DNA from: Octopus sinensis
Taxonomy: Eukaryota
Direction of reading: 5' to 3'
DNA: 64,000 nucleotides
NCBI RefSeq assembly: GCF_006345805.1
Contig: NC_042997.1
Coordinates: 193,812,001-193,876,000 of the forward strand
Shown here: in pieces, positions 38,143-50,875 of the stretch
How positions within the stretch are numbered: the stretch's first letter is position 1
How the letters are laid out: each line of letters begins with the position of its first letter
Translations under genes and position numbers: made by a program
The notes under the pieces: model-generated
What the model was told of the DNA's origin: nothing
The model's database searches: none
Seen by the model: the letters and a program-made list of their open reading frames with translations, nothing else

Positions 38143-39957
38143 GTTTTATACCAACTCCCCCATGCAATTTCCTCCCACCCGGTGCAACCTGTCGGCTCCA
38201 GCACATCCCGCTTTCCTATATGTGCGTGTATATGCGTATGCGTGTGTGTATGTATATGTATGCGCACATATGTGTACGTATATGTACATATATATATATA
38301 TATATATGCGTGTGTGTGTGTGTGTGTGTGGGTGTGTGTATGTGCATATATGTTTCCCTGCATTTTCCTCCTATATATACAAATTTTGTCTCCCATACAT
38401 GACTTCTTTTCCCTAAATATTTCTTCTCCTACACCCATATCCTTCCTATATAGTCTCTTTACTTCCCTATATATATACCCTTTCACATTTCTAACTCGGA
38501 TGTTGAACGCACACCGCCAAACTCCACTTCCCACCCTTCCAATTTTTCAGTTCCCCCCGCCCGCCCCTACGTGGACACTTTTAACACACACCTCTAACTT
38601 TCAACCACCTTCATCTCATGTTAAATTATATTTTTATCTTATTTTATTTTATTTTATTTTTACTCTTATTCTACTTCCATTTATTCTCATTTTCATTTTC
38701 ATCCCTTACCTTAACTCTTATAATTTTTATAATTTTTATATTTCATTTCTAACTATTACATTGTATTTCTTATTTTATACTGTATTTCTTACTTTTATTT
38801 CTAATTTTTACTCTTACCCTCATTCTTACCCCTAACTTATCGCTTTACATCTCTATATATGTTTATTTACTTACCTATAGATCCACTTTTGACTATGCAA
38901 GCGTCCGTGTACGTATGTATACGCATACATACATAGACGCGCGCATATATGTACATGCATATTTTGATATCTTATAGCTATACCCATATGTCTCTGTGTG
39001 TGTGTGTGTAGGTGTATGTGTGCACGCACATACGTACACACAGCCGTGTGTGCGTGCACGCATAGACGTGATTCCTTTAATATCTTATATCTAGACCTGG
39101 AAGCGTGAGCATATGCGTGTGTGTATGTAGTGATGAGCGCGCGTATGTACATGTGAGTGTGTACACGTATAGTGTCCGTGTATACATGCGGATATTCTGT
39201 TGTATGTATGTATGTGTACGCACGTGCGTGTGGGTGTGTGTGTGTTTATATGCATGTTTACACGCGAGTGCGTGTGTATGCTTATAGGCTTGGAGGCGTA
39301 TATGTACGCGTGTATATGGGTGTGTGTATCCATGTTGGTATGTATGTACTAGAAGTCCAAATAATTCAAGGAACCAGATTAAACGCTCAACAGCTCTGAT
39401 TTACAACGCATTAGGTCCCCAGACGAAACTGTTGATTTACTGACAATTCTACAACTAAATTTTATCAATCTCCTGACCACCATGCTTGGTCCTTAACCTC
39501 TATACATCCCTTATCTTTATATTTTTTTATATTTTGTTACATTTTTATCATGTTTTTTTACTTTTATTTTTATTTCTATTTCTATTTTTACTTTATAACC
39601 TTATGCCTTTACATTTATTTATATTTCTTTATATTTCTTTATATTCTTTATACCCCCTTTACATCTTATATCTCTTTATATCTCTATGCTCTACATTTTT
39701 ATATTTTTCTATACTTACACTTTTTATACATTTTTTATCCCTCGTCCTGAATTCTCGCCCATCTTCACGTATATACATGTATTTATTTATTTACATTACT
39801 TCAACATCCATTTTTCCTCATCCTACATTGAGAGAAGAAAGAGATGGACGCTTCAATTCTATGCTGCTGCCGCATTATGTCGTACGCGAATGGGAGGATT
39901 TGCATCCCCAACCAAGAATTTCTGATGTAACACATGTCCTTGTGGAAGCTGTTGTGC

Positions 39958-40035
39958 GCGGCTGAAGAAGGCGACAGACATACATTATGCATTGTTATAA
40001 ATCTGTCTAATAAAGGCCCGAAACATATGTACCGC
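39958..40035 (+). ncRNA. Type I hammerhead ribozyme motif in the PLE pLTR
   Basis: GCGG-CUGAAGA-AGGC-GACAGA..UCUGUC..GCCC-GAAAC-AUAU-GUA-CCGC. Stem I pairs GCGG/CCGC, stem III is the 8-nt palindrome ACAUAUGU, and the predicted cleavage is after A40031. There is one mismatch at the base of stem II. Confidence 0.75.
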
Positions 40036-40137
40036 TGAATCCTTCGCATCATGTTTTTATTTTGATCAATTTACTCCACCACCTACACCACCAAACGGTA
40101 TACACAGGTGCTTATAATTATCAAGTACTCACCCCGA

Positions 40138-40177
<40 letters not shown>

Positions 40178-40199
40178 AGGTAAGGGCCTACCTTGATGA

Positions 40200-40470
40200 G
40201 GTTTTTCCAAACAGATGAATTAAATGAAGCGGTTCAGTAGAATATACTCCACGTTCAGCAGTGCTAATACCACGAGGCTTTTGTACAGGATACTTACACT
40301 ATGAAGTTTACGATACAAAACCGGCAGCAGTCGATGAACTGAGGACAGCCATTGAACGAGAACGCACTCTAATACCAAACGAGATGTTTCTTAATGTTTG
40401 CAATTCCGTTGCTTCGTATTATCAGCAATGCCTGGACCAGAACGGTCATTAGTTTGAAGACAAACGTTCA
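40200..40470 (+). mobile_element. Tc1/mariner-superfamily transposase, C-terminal remnant
   Basis: GYLHYEVYDTKPAAVDELRTAIERE..IPNEMFLNVCNSV..YQQCLDQNGH resembles the consensus WGYLK..VY..KP.T..EL...I......IP.EM.......R.QQC...NG.HFE. Confidence 0.7.
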
Positions 40471-40689
40471 TAAAGAAAAAGAATCTATTCAATTCTGTGT
40501 GTAAATTCAATTAAGTTTTGAAAATGGAATATATTTTTATAAATACTCGATCCGAAGCTGTACAAGGTGCCGTGCAGTGAGACCAAACTCAGAACTACGT
40601 ACCTGCTGAATGAACTTCTTAACCATCCAACTATTCCTACAAGCAGTTAGATTCTCTCTCTCTCTCGTTCTCTCTTTCTTTTTCTCGCT

Positions 40690-40698
40690 TTCTTTTTT

Positions 40699-40773
<75 letters not shown>

Positions 40774-41040
40774 CTCTCTCTCTCTCTCTGTCTTTCTTTC
40801 TCTCTCTCTCTCTCTCTTCTTTCTTTCTCTCTCTCTCTCTCACACATACACTGATTTTTCTCTCTCTTTGTTTCGTATATGTGTGTGTGTATATATTTCT
40901 GTTTGTGTCTGTATGCATATATGTGTGAGTGTATGTATGTATGTACGTGTGAGTGTATGTGTATGTATGTATGTATGTACGTGTGAGTATGTATGTATGT
41001 ATGTATGTATGTATGTACGTACGTACGTACGTATGTATGA
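40690..41040. repeat. Compound (TTTC)n/(CT)n/(GTAT)n microsatellite
   Basis: Direct inspection. Confidence 0.9.
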
Positions 41041-41743
41041 CAGTGAGTAGAGAACCACATTTATATTTTGACGACCACTTCATCGATCAACGCATAACTA
41101 CATCTATAAATATATTAAGGACGCTGACAATTCTAGTAAACATGACATTTGGATTGATTTCCTTCTTAGAATTATTGAATTACTTGATTCTTTATCGGTT
41201 TTTATAGGATGTTGTTTTTTTTCCTCTCAAGACTATTTCAGGGAGTAAACTGTAAATAAAATTGACCTAATCATTATATTTGCATACAAAATAGATAAAC
41301 AGAATGAATGTATGTTTCTAAACAATGCTCCCCGAATTCACATTTGTTTCTCATTAAACGCTAATAAAACACTAAATCGGTAAAGTGAAAATGTTTCCAC
41401 ACAATGTTATAAACAGCATTACGCTATAACTTTTACATCACTCCATCTCACACCTCATCTATTCGCTATATACATCGATAATTTTGCAGTCTATAAAACC
41501 TTTCGACACTCGATAAAGTCAACGGCGGTGAATTGGTCTAGTTGTTAAGGTTGGATAGTTTACCTAGCAGTGTTCGTTTCAACACTCTGAGTTCAAATAC
41601 CACCGAGGTCAAATTTGCCTTTCATTCTTTCGAGGTCTTCTCTTCTTGTCTGCTATCTTTCTGGAAGAAATCAGCTCTGGTCAGACCTAGAGAGAGAACT
41701 AGGTCTAAAAGTGTCCAAGATGCACCATATATTACGACGACGA

Positions 41744-42135
41744 GCTGGCAGAAACGTTAGCACGCCGGGCGAAATGCGTAGTGGTATTTCGTCTGCCGCT
41801 ACGTTCTGAGTTCAAATTCCGCCGGGGTCGACTTTGCCTTTCATCCTTTCGGAGTCGATTAAATAAGTACTAGTTACGCACTGGGATCGATATAATCGAC
41901 TTAATCCGTTTGTCTGTCCTTGTTTGTCCTGTCTGTGTTTAGCCCCTTGTGGGTAGTAAAGAAATAGGTATTTCGTCTGCCGTTACGTTCTGAGTTCAAA
42001 TTCCGCCGAGGTCGACTTTGCCTTTCATCCTTTCGGGGTCGATTAAATAAGTACCAGTTACACACTGGGGTCGATGTAATCGACTTAATCCCTTTGTTTG
42101 TCCCCTCTATGTTTAGCTCCCTGTGGGCAATAAAG
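41744..42135 (+). mobile_element. SINE family A dimer
   Basis: Head GAGCTGGCAGAAACGTTAGCACGCC; the second unit is joined at AAAGAAATA|GGTATTTCGTCTG. Confidence 0.85.
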
Positions 42136-43044
42136 TAATGTATATTACGACAGCATCTCAAAAATATAAAAATTCAAAAACTGGGGATCGAAGGCAAGAC
42201 AAATTATTATTTAGTTTTCGCTTCTGTTGTTGTTGTTGCTGCTGCTATTACTACTACTACTACTACTACTTCTACCTTTAATGACTTTGTCAGTAGTGGA
42301 AGATCAGCGCCCATGGCTTCCGTGACTTGTGGGAGCAAAGAGATGAAAGCAAGGCTGATGAGTTTATTCTCATCTCTGCAACCTTGTTCGAATACTTATA
42401 CAAGAGTTGGCCCTGCGGGCACTCACGGCCCCTGTGATAGTGTTACACGGGTTAATGAAAATGAATTAAGGCTGCAGAAGATATGAGCATTCCATCCAAT
42501 TTCCTTCAACAATATGTATCAAATTTCGCTCGCAAAATATCGACCCGTCTAAAGTTATGTAAGACACTTGTACACAGTGCCGCGCTGTAGGACTGAACCT
42601 GAAATCTTATGATAGCAAAACAAGTTTCTCAACCACACAACCAAGTCTATGTCTCTTACTCCTACTAATAAAATTTCAAACCAACGAGAAAGCCTCTAGA
42701 TGGTCATTTGGCTTACTAGAAACCGCAATCAAATTTCCCTCAAATTACACCTCCCGTCTAAAAAGAGAACATCTCATTAGATAATGCAGTCCTAGACACC
42801 AACGAAAAAGATGGAATGGTCATAACTGGAATGCCTTTGAGCATAGTGCTTACTAATCATGACCAACCCGGATCTGACTCATTCTTTCTAACTTTGGCAC
42901 AAGATCAAAATTTTTAGGGGAGGGGGCAAATCGATTACATCGATCTCAGTGCTCCTCTGCTACTTATATTTATCGACCTCGAAAGGATGAAGGGTAAAAC
43001 TGATCTCAGTGGTATTGCAACTCTGAACGCAAGCCGGAAGAAAT

Positions 43045-43775
43045 ACCTATTTCTTTACTACCCACAAGGGGCTAAACATAGAGGGAACAAACAAGGACAG
43101 ACAAACGGATTAAGTCGATTACCTCGACCCCAGTGCGTAAACTGGTACTTAATTTATCGACCCCGAAAGGATGAAAGGCAAAGTCGACCTCGGCTGAATT
43201 TGAACCCAGAACGTAACGGCAGACGAAATACGGCTACGCATTTCACCCAGCGTGCTAACGTTTCTGCCAGCCCTGAGCCGGAAGAAATACCTATTTCTTT
43301 ATTACCCACAAGGGGCTAAACACAGAGAGGACAAACAAGGACAGACAAACGGATTAAGTCGATTATATCGACCCCAGTGCGTAACTGGTACTTAATTTAT
43401 CGACCCCGAAAGGATGAAAGGCAAAGTCGACCTCGGCGGAATTTGAACCCAGAACGTAACGGCAAACGAAATACGGCAACGCATTTCACCCTTGTGCTAA
43501 CGTTTCTGCCAGCCCTGAGCCGGAAGAAATACCTATTTCTTTATTACCCACAAGGGGCTAAACATAGAGAGGACAAACAAGGACAGACATAGGTATTAAG
43601 TCGATCACATCGACCCCAGTGCGTAACTGGTACTTAATTTATCGACCCCGAAAGGATGAAAGGCAAAGTCGACCTCGGCTGAATTTGAACCCAGAACGTA
43701 ACGGCAGACGAAATCCGGCAACGCATTTCACCCTTGTGCTAACGTTTCTGCCAGCCCTGAGCCGGAAGAAATACC
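43045..43775 (-). mobile_element. SINE family A trimer (~240-bp period)
   Basis: Three units, each ending ..GCCAGCCCTGAGCCGGAAGAAATACC. Confidence 0.85.
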
Positions 43776-44221
43776 GTGCACATTTTGTCCAGGGTGTTAG
43801 CAATTCTGCCAACTTGCTGGCTTTACCTGAAACTAACTAATATCTACAAGAATTAAATAATCCAATATTTTTCCAATTGGCTTTGTTATATCTCGCGTTA
43901 GAGAAGCTAATTTTCATCCAATCTCAACTGAATAACTACTAGATCTTCTCAGAATATTAACGAATGTGAGAGCCTTTCAATAACTCTTACATAATCCCTT
44001 CTATAATTACTCCGGTTCACTTTAATGATATTTATCTCTCCAACTGAGATACCTAAATGCTTAAAGGCATTCATAAAAGTGATTCCACATCCAGCATTCA
44101 CCAGAGAGTATGGCTTGACCACATGTATATTGCTTTCGCTAATTACTCTAGGTGCCCGTATAGTAGTAAGCAGACATAAACATCCTCTCCGCCCTCATGT
44201 ATGTATGTATGTATGTATGTA

Positions 44222-44270
<49 letters not shown>

Positions 44271-44992
44271 TACACACATACATATTAAGAAACTATTTTA
44301 CATCGTTTTGGGGTTTGGTTTGCAAGATTCTTTATGTGAGTTCGTGTGTTGAAGCATATTTTGTTGTGTCTGGAGAGAGTCATTCTCTTTTAGTGCCTTA
44401 TTATTTAACACACTCGCCGGTAAAGTTTCCACTCGTTTATTTATTTTTCCTAAAATTTTCGTTGTGTCTTGCAACCTTTTCAATAGTCGGAACCTTTTCA
44501 ATAGTCGGACTATTGAAAAGGTTGCAAGATGCAACGAAAATTTTAGGAAAAATAAATAAGTAAATGAGTGGAAACTTTACCGGTGCGTGTGTTAAAAGGC
44601 ACTAAAAGAGAACGACTCTCCACCCACACAACTATTTTACATGTACTTGGTATTTGTAGCACTTGAGTATTGAGTATTAAGTTTTTTAATGTAAACTTTA
44701 CATTAAACAACTTGAAAATGTTTCGTAATTTTATCATTCCGTATATTTAACAATTTAAAAATATTCTAATACGTGTTTATTTCATTTAAATTTTCAGAAT
44801 TTTAGCAGAGATGCATTAACTACTTATCCGGGTGTTGAACAAATTATATTTACCGTATGTATAAATCAAAATATATCAATCATTCACCAGTGTCATTATA
44901 CACTTTATAATGCTTGTGTCGTAAACTGTCAAGAAGTAGGATGCTGGATTAAATGCTGGACTAAATACCCCACGATATTTAGTTACGTCCCT

Positions 44993-45416
44993 GGATCTTT
45001 TCGGTTTGAATGGCAGTTTTTTCTAGCGGTGTCATATGAAATTGTCACCCATAATTATGACCCTAGTATCGATCTATTGCATTTCAATCTGTTTTAGGGT
45101 TAGTTAGGGTTAGGGGTGGGGGGATAGGGTATTTTTTTTTCTTTACAAATGTAAATAAACCCAATCTGTTTCTTAAACGGGAGACATATTCATACGGCAC
45201 AGAATGTTTTTTTTACCTCAATAGACGTCACTGATTGGTTGAAATTGCAGAAATTGAAGAAAAAAAACAACAAATATCTTACAAACTATAGAATTTTCTC
45301 AATAAAACCCAGAGAAAAAGATGTTTTATAAACACATTCTACCAGTATACGAAATTTAAAATTGTTTAGTTACCTAGAAATTATGTTAAAAACTGCCGTT
45401 CAAACCGAAAAGATCC
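44993..45416. mobile_element. GGATCTTTTC-TIR MITE with 8-bp TSD (Merlin-like)
   Basis: TSD ACGTCCCT at 44985-44992 and 45417-45424. Confidence 0.9.
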
Positions 45417-46227
45417 ACGTCCCTTTATATTTTAAACTGTGGTGCTGATGTAGTAAAGGACAGTTATATTTTTATAGCCTTATAAGGGAATATTCCATAA
45501 ATGTGTGACCGTATAAGGGAATATTCAGTTCTGTTTTCGTTACTCAAAATTATATAATGATATTGATATTTGTCATAAGAACAAAGACGTTTGTAAGTTA
45601 CATTAGTTTTAGTATAGATTATATATAAATATTTCCTATGTTGCTAAACTCTTTGAAAACATTGTATTAATAAGTAAAAATACAATTCAATATTGACAGA
45701 ATATATCCGTAAACATCATCACCAAGCTGTTCGTGAATTATATAAATCGACAATTATTCATATCATTTTTTAGTGTTGTATAACTTTGATTATAGATTTG
45801 CAGAGCTAAAGTGATACTTAAATACTGAAAAAAAATACCAAAAGTTGATATTGCTTTACCAATAATCTCCAAAAAATTTCACAATTAACCTTTTTAAAAT
45901 ATATATAAAGTATATTAGGCCCCGAGAGAAATATGAGTTCACAAGTAATATTTCAATTTACTATCAGTAACCAAACCAAAAACAAACTATATGAATGTTA
46001 TTGTATTTATACGTCTCGCTTTGTTTAAATCTAAAGATGTATTCATTATCCAATCCTAGGTTAGCCAACAATAGATTCTCTCAGTCTATCACGAATTTTG
46101 TTAGAAAATAAACACAGCTCTATTATGTTTTTGTCGTTTTGCTTTTAAGAATTTAAGAACTGAGTAATACATAGTAATTGATGTTAATAATTTAATCTGA
46201 TATACCGCCGTATTAAATAACTACAAA

Positions 46228-47321
46228 GGCGGCGAGCTGGCAGAAACGTTAGCACGCCGAAATGTTTAGCGGTATTTCGTCTGCCGCTACGTTCTGAGTT
46301 CAAATTCCGCCGAGGTCGACTTTGCCTTACATCCTTGCGGGGTCGATAAATTAAGTACCAGTTACGCACTGGGGTCGATGTAATCGACTTAATCCGTTTG
46401 TCTGTCCTTGTTCGTCCTCTCTGTGTTTAGCCCCTTGTGGGCAATAAAGAAATAAGAAACGTTAGCACGCCGGGCGTGATGTTTAGCAGTATTTCGTCTG
46501 CCGTTACGTTCTGAGTTCAAATCCCGCCGATGTTGACTTTGCCTTTCATCCTTGCGGGGTCGATAAATTAAGTACCAGTTACGCACTGGAGTCGATGTAA
46601 TCGACTTAATCCGTTTGTCTGTCCTTGTTTGTCCTCTCTGTGTTTAGCCCCTTGTGGGCAATAAAGAATAAGAAGCGTTAGCACGCTGGGCGAAATGCTT
46701 AGCAGTATTTCGTCTGCCGCTACGTTCTGAGTTCAAATCCCGCCGAGGTCGACTTTGCCTTTCATCCTTGCGAGGTCGATAAATTAAGTACCAGTTACGC
46801 ACTGGAGTCGATGTAATCGACTTAATCCGTTTGTCTGTCCTTGTTTGTCCTCTCTGTGTTTAGCCCCTTGTGGGCAATAAAGAAATAAGAAACGTTAGCA
46901 CGCCGGGCGTGATGCTTAGCAGTATTTCGTCTGCCGTTACGTTCTGAGTTCAAATCCCGCCGATGTTGACTTTGCCTTTCATCCTTGCGAGGTCGATAAA
47001 TTAAGTACCAGTTACGCACTGGTGTCGATGTAATCGACTTAATCCGTTTGTCTGTCCTTGTTTGTCCTCTCTGTGTTTAGCCCCTTGTGGGCAATAAAGA
47101 AATAAGAAACGTTAGCACGCCGGGCGTGATGCTTAGCAGTATTTCGTCTGCTGTTACGTTCTGAGTTCAAATCCCGCCGATGTTGACTTTGTCTTTCATC
47201 CTTGCGAGGTCGATAAATTAAGTACCAGTTACGCACTGGTGTCGATGTAATCGACTTAATCCGTTTGTCTGTCCTTGTTTGTCCCCTCTGTGTGTAGCCC
47301 CTTGTGGGCAGTAAAGAAATA
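46228..47321 (+). mobile_element. SINE family A pentamer (216-217-bp period)
   Basis: Five head-to-tail units; only the first has the GGCGGCGAGCTGGC head. Confidence 0.92.
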
Positions 47322-47494
47322 CGTATTAAATAGTTATATGCATTGTGTTTCATCGTACTATATTCCGAGTTCAAATTCTACGAAATTCACTTTATCGTTC
47401 GCCTCTTTCTCACAACGAGAAACACGAGCTGAGAATCATTCGTTTTAATCTGCTAAACGTTCAACTTCAGAATAACGTCCATATTTATCACAAA

Positions 47495-47894
47495 CTAGCA
47501 ATATCGCCCGGCGTTGCTCGGGTTTGCTTCGACCCTTTAGAATTGGAATTTTTGAAAAGTCAAAATTTTGCATTATGTAGCTTGTTATTCTTATTCTTTA
47601 AGTGAACTTTTTTCTGGTTGAAATACACCGGAAAATGGCGACACAGCAGTCAAGAAATCGTAAAAAATAGAGATTTTCATAGAAAAAAAGCATCTTTTTG
47701 ATGTAAATAATTTTTGGTGTTAACATGGTCCGATTTGAATTTTTTCTTCTACGGAATGAAGAGCAAGCCTTCTTCTATCATACTCTCAATTTTGGTCAAC
47801 TTGCGCCACTGGGTCTCGGAGGAGATAGTGTTAGTTGAAGGCTACCAAACCTTCCACACACACACACAGACAACTTCAGCTTTATATATATAGA
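47495..47894 (-). mobile_element. Non-autonomous Helitron (same family as 27677)
   Basis: On the minus strand: A|TC start, hairpin CCCGAGCAACGCCGGG, CTAG|T end. Confidence 0.85.
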
Positions 47895-49065
47895 TTGCTG
47901 TATGCCAGCTGTAGGATAAAGCTTAAATCATATAAACCGGAAATAGGAATGCGAAGCTTTAACGACACTTTAACGATTCAGTCATCCCTGTGCGTTCTGA
48001 ATCCTTGTTGAGAGATAAAGCATTTCGGATGAATGGGTCGTGGTTTCCTCTTCAATTGGATTGACACTGGATTGCTCTTATTTCTTTGTTGAGCCTGACA
48101 TCTTTGAAAGTCACTGGAGCAATCATCGATAGAATATCCATTAATGGAGCCAAAATTTTCAACGTCTTCCAAAGAAAATGTCAAATTTTTATATCTGATA
48201 TAGTGCCATAATAGAGTTTCGCTAGAATGACACACAAGCTTATGTAAATCTAGGATTCTAACCAAATAAATTGTTGTAACGAGAAGAGCAACGGCCGAGA
48301 ATTAATTATGTAATTCGGTTAAAATTCTGTGTACAAAGTACACATGTAAACATCCGTTTATATTGCAAATGTTTGACTGACTGGCTGGCTTTCAACTAAG
48401 ATATACCGTAATGCACCAAGCCTAAAAGAAATAATTGGTAGCAACCCCTAGAATGTATCATATAAGTACCTATCAAATGCTGAGAATCAATCGCTTATTC
48501 CTTATTGTTTCAATATAAGGAATCAATATTCACTTTTATGTTTTCTGCTGGAGGCAGAAGGCCTGAAATTTTGGGGCGGGGATTAGTCGATTACATCGAC
48601 CCCAGTGTTTCACTGGTACTTAATTCATCGACCCCGAAAAGATGAAAGACAAAGTCAACCTCGGCGGAATTTGAACTCAGAACGTAACGGCAGGCGAAAT
48701 ACCTATTTCTTTACAACCCACAAGGGGCTAAACACAGAGAGGACAAACAAGGACAGACAAACGGATTAAGTCGATTACATCGACCTCAGTGCGTAACTGG
48801 TACTTATTTTATCGACCTCGAAAATGAAAGGCAAAGTCGACCTCGGCGGAATTTGAACTGAGAACGTAGCGGCAGACGAAATACCGCTAAGCATTTTGCT
48901 CGGCGTGCTAACGATTCTGCCAGCTCACCGCCTTTTTTTATTTTTATGTTGACGCTATAGTTTGGTCGCCAGGTCTTGATTTGAATTGTATTAATGAAGA
49001 ATGAAATCAGCAGATGAATAAAAAAACAATTTCTACAGAAATATATTTCATTTCCTTTTTATTAG

Positions 49066-49208
49066 ATTTTGATTTTACTATTTACCATTGAAGAAAAACC
49101 TTTCTACTCGCCTTTTATGGCATTCCAAAATACGAACAGAGTGGAAAATAAATCAAGAATCACAATGACCTTCCCTGAAACCTGGATATGAAACGAAAAG
49201 ATTGCAGG
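49066..49208 (+). pseudogene. TEP/CD109/A2M-family exon with the FPETW motif and an in-frame stop (5' boundary approximate)
   Basis: ..NRVENKSRITMTFPETWI*NEKIAG|gtaagt. TGA at 49189-49191 sits where the family-conserved second W of FPETWIW is expected. The donor is canonical. Confidence 0.7.
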
Positions 49209-50514
49209 GTAAGTAAACGAATCAAATTACGATTAAACAATCTACACAGAGAAAGGACTTTTGTAATGATATTGATTTCAAATTTTAGCACAAGGCCAGC
49301 AATATTCGAAGGAGTGGTAAGTCGATTTCATCGACCCCAGTGCTCAACTGATATTTACTTTATCGACCCCGGAGGGAAGAAAGTTGACCTCTGTGGAATT
49401 TGGGTTCAGAACGTAAAGACAGACGAATGACCGGTGTGCTAACGATTCTGCTAACTGACGGGTTTAGATTTTTGTGATAATATTAAGTTTTAGTCTAGGG
49501 CGGCGAGCTAGCAGCGGGCGAAATGCTTAGCGGTATTTCGTCTGCCGTTACGTTCTGAGTTCAAATTCCGCCGAGGCCGACTTTGCCTTTCATCCTTTCG
49601 GGGTCGATTAAATAAGTACCAGTTACGTACTGGGGTCGATATAATCGACTTGATCCGTTTGTCTGTCCTTATTTGTCCCCTCTGTGTGTAGCTCCTTGTG
49701 GGTAGTAAAGAATTAAGGTATTTTGTCTGCCGTTACGTTCTGAGTTCAAATTTCGCCAAGGTCGACTTCGCCTTTCATCCTTTCGTGGTCGATAAATGAA
49801 GTACCAGTTGCGTACTGGGATCGATCTAATCAACTGGTCCCCTTCCCAAACATTTAGGGCCTTGTTCCTAGAGTAGAAAAGAATGTTAACTTTTGATGCA
49901 GGGCGGTGAGCTGGCGGAATCGTTAGCACGCCAGGCGAATGCTTAGCGGCATTTCATCCATCTTTACGTTCCGAGGTCCACTTTGCTTTTCATCGTTTTG
50001 GGGTCGGTGAAATAAGTACCAGTTAAGCACTGGGGTCGATGTAATCGACTCATTCCCTTTCGCAAAACTGCTTCCCTTGTGCCAAAATTTGAAACCTCGA
50101 AATTTGAAACCACGAAATAAATTGACAGTAAAAAGTGTTGACAATTAAGCCAAAGAAATGTTACTGACCTTTGTACGTAAAAGGTTTTTATGCCGTCTGA
50201 AGGTACTTATTAAACCCTAAGAAATGATATTTGTTTACGGTATATTTAAATTCATGGAAATTACAGAGCTGGAGAAAATTATTGCATGGTAGAGAGATTT
50301 CCAATTTAGAATTAAAAAGAAAAGTGAATATATATTTCTTTATTGCCCACAAAGAGCTAGACATAGCGGTGAGAAACAAGAAAAGTGAATATAAAATAGC
50401 AAAAAGACTGGTGTGGATAAGCAGCTCAATTTGCAACCACGTGGTTTCCAGTTCAGTTCTACTGCGTTTGGGTGCGTATCTACTGTTATAGCCCCAGGCT
50501 GACTATTACCTTGC

Positions 50515-50875
50515 GTGGAGGCGCATTGGCCCAGTGGTTAGGGCAGCGGACTCGCGGTCGTAGGATCGCGGTTTCGATTCCCAGACCGGGCGTTGTGAGT
50601 GTTTATTGAGCGAAAACACCTAAAGCTCCACGAGGTTCCGGCAGGGGATGGTGGTGATCCCTGCTGTACTCTTTCACCACAACTTTCTCTCACTCTTACT
50701 TCCTGTTTCTGTTGTACCTGTATTTCAAAGGGGCCGGCCTTGTCACTCTCTGTGTCACGCTGAATATCCCCGAGAACTACGTTAAAGGTACACGTGTCTG
50801 TGGAGCGCTCAGCCACTTACACGTTAATTTCACGAGCAGGCTGTTCCGTTGATCGGATCAACCGGAACCGACGGA
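50515..50875 (+). mobile_element. SINE family B, full length
   Basis: tRNA head GTGGAGGCGCATTGGCCCAGTGGTTAGGGCAGCGGACTCGCGG..GGTTTCGATTCCCAGACC. Confidence 0.85.

Larger units (their letters stand above)
35962..40074 (+). mobile_element. Naiad-type Penelope-like retroelement, 5'-truncated, with inverted pLTR at the 5' end
   Basis: 35962-36183 is the reverse complement of 39853-40074 (222 bp, no difference seen). Between them lie the RT-GIY-YIG ORF and a ~1.7-kb 3' UTR. Confidence 0.9.

Noticed and set aside
39386-39436. Hairpin UCAACAG..GAAACUGUUGA in the Naiad 3' UTR as a second hammerhead
   Set aside because: It lacks a CUGANGA box (reads CUGAUUUA) and a stem I.
36187-39852. Selenoprotein/SECIS as reported for some Naiads
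   Set aside because: There is no in-frame TGA in the retained ORF, which ends at TAG, and I could not recognise a SECIS by eye. The missing N-terminus cannot be assessed; SECISearch on a full-length copy would settle it.
45100-45125. TTAGGG telomere-like repeats (also at 3745-3760 and 10480-10495)
   Set aside because: Only 2-3 units, and they are internal to the Merlin-like MITEs; not a telomere or an interstitial telomeric array.
46184-47374. Recurrent MRNWYLIYRPRKDERQS peptide as a multigene family, or the array as a CRISPR
   Set aside because: It is the antisense translation of SINE family A. The units are near-identical throughout, with no unique spacers and no cas genes.
47960-48265. 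Unique-looking 95-aa minus-strand ORF
   Set aside because: No recognisable domain in any frame, and the alternative frames contain stops; left unassigned.
50230-50320. Possible remnant of a missing TEP exon (FMEITELEKIIAW*)
   Set aside because: No convincing family motif, and the splice phase is incompatible with the next exon.
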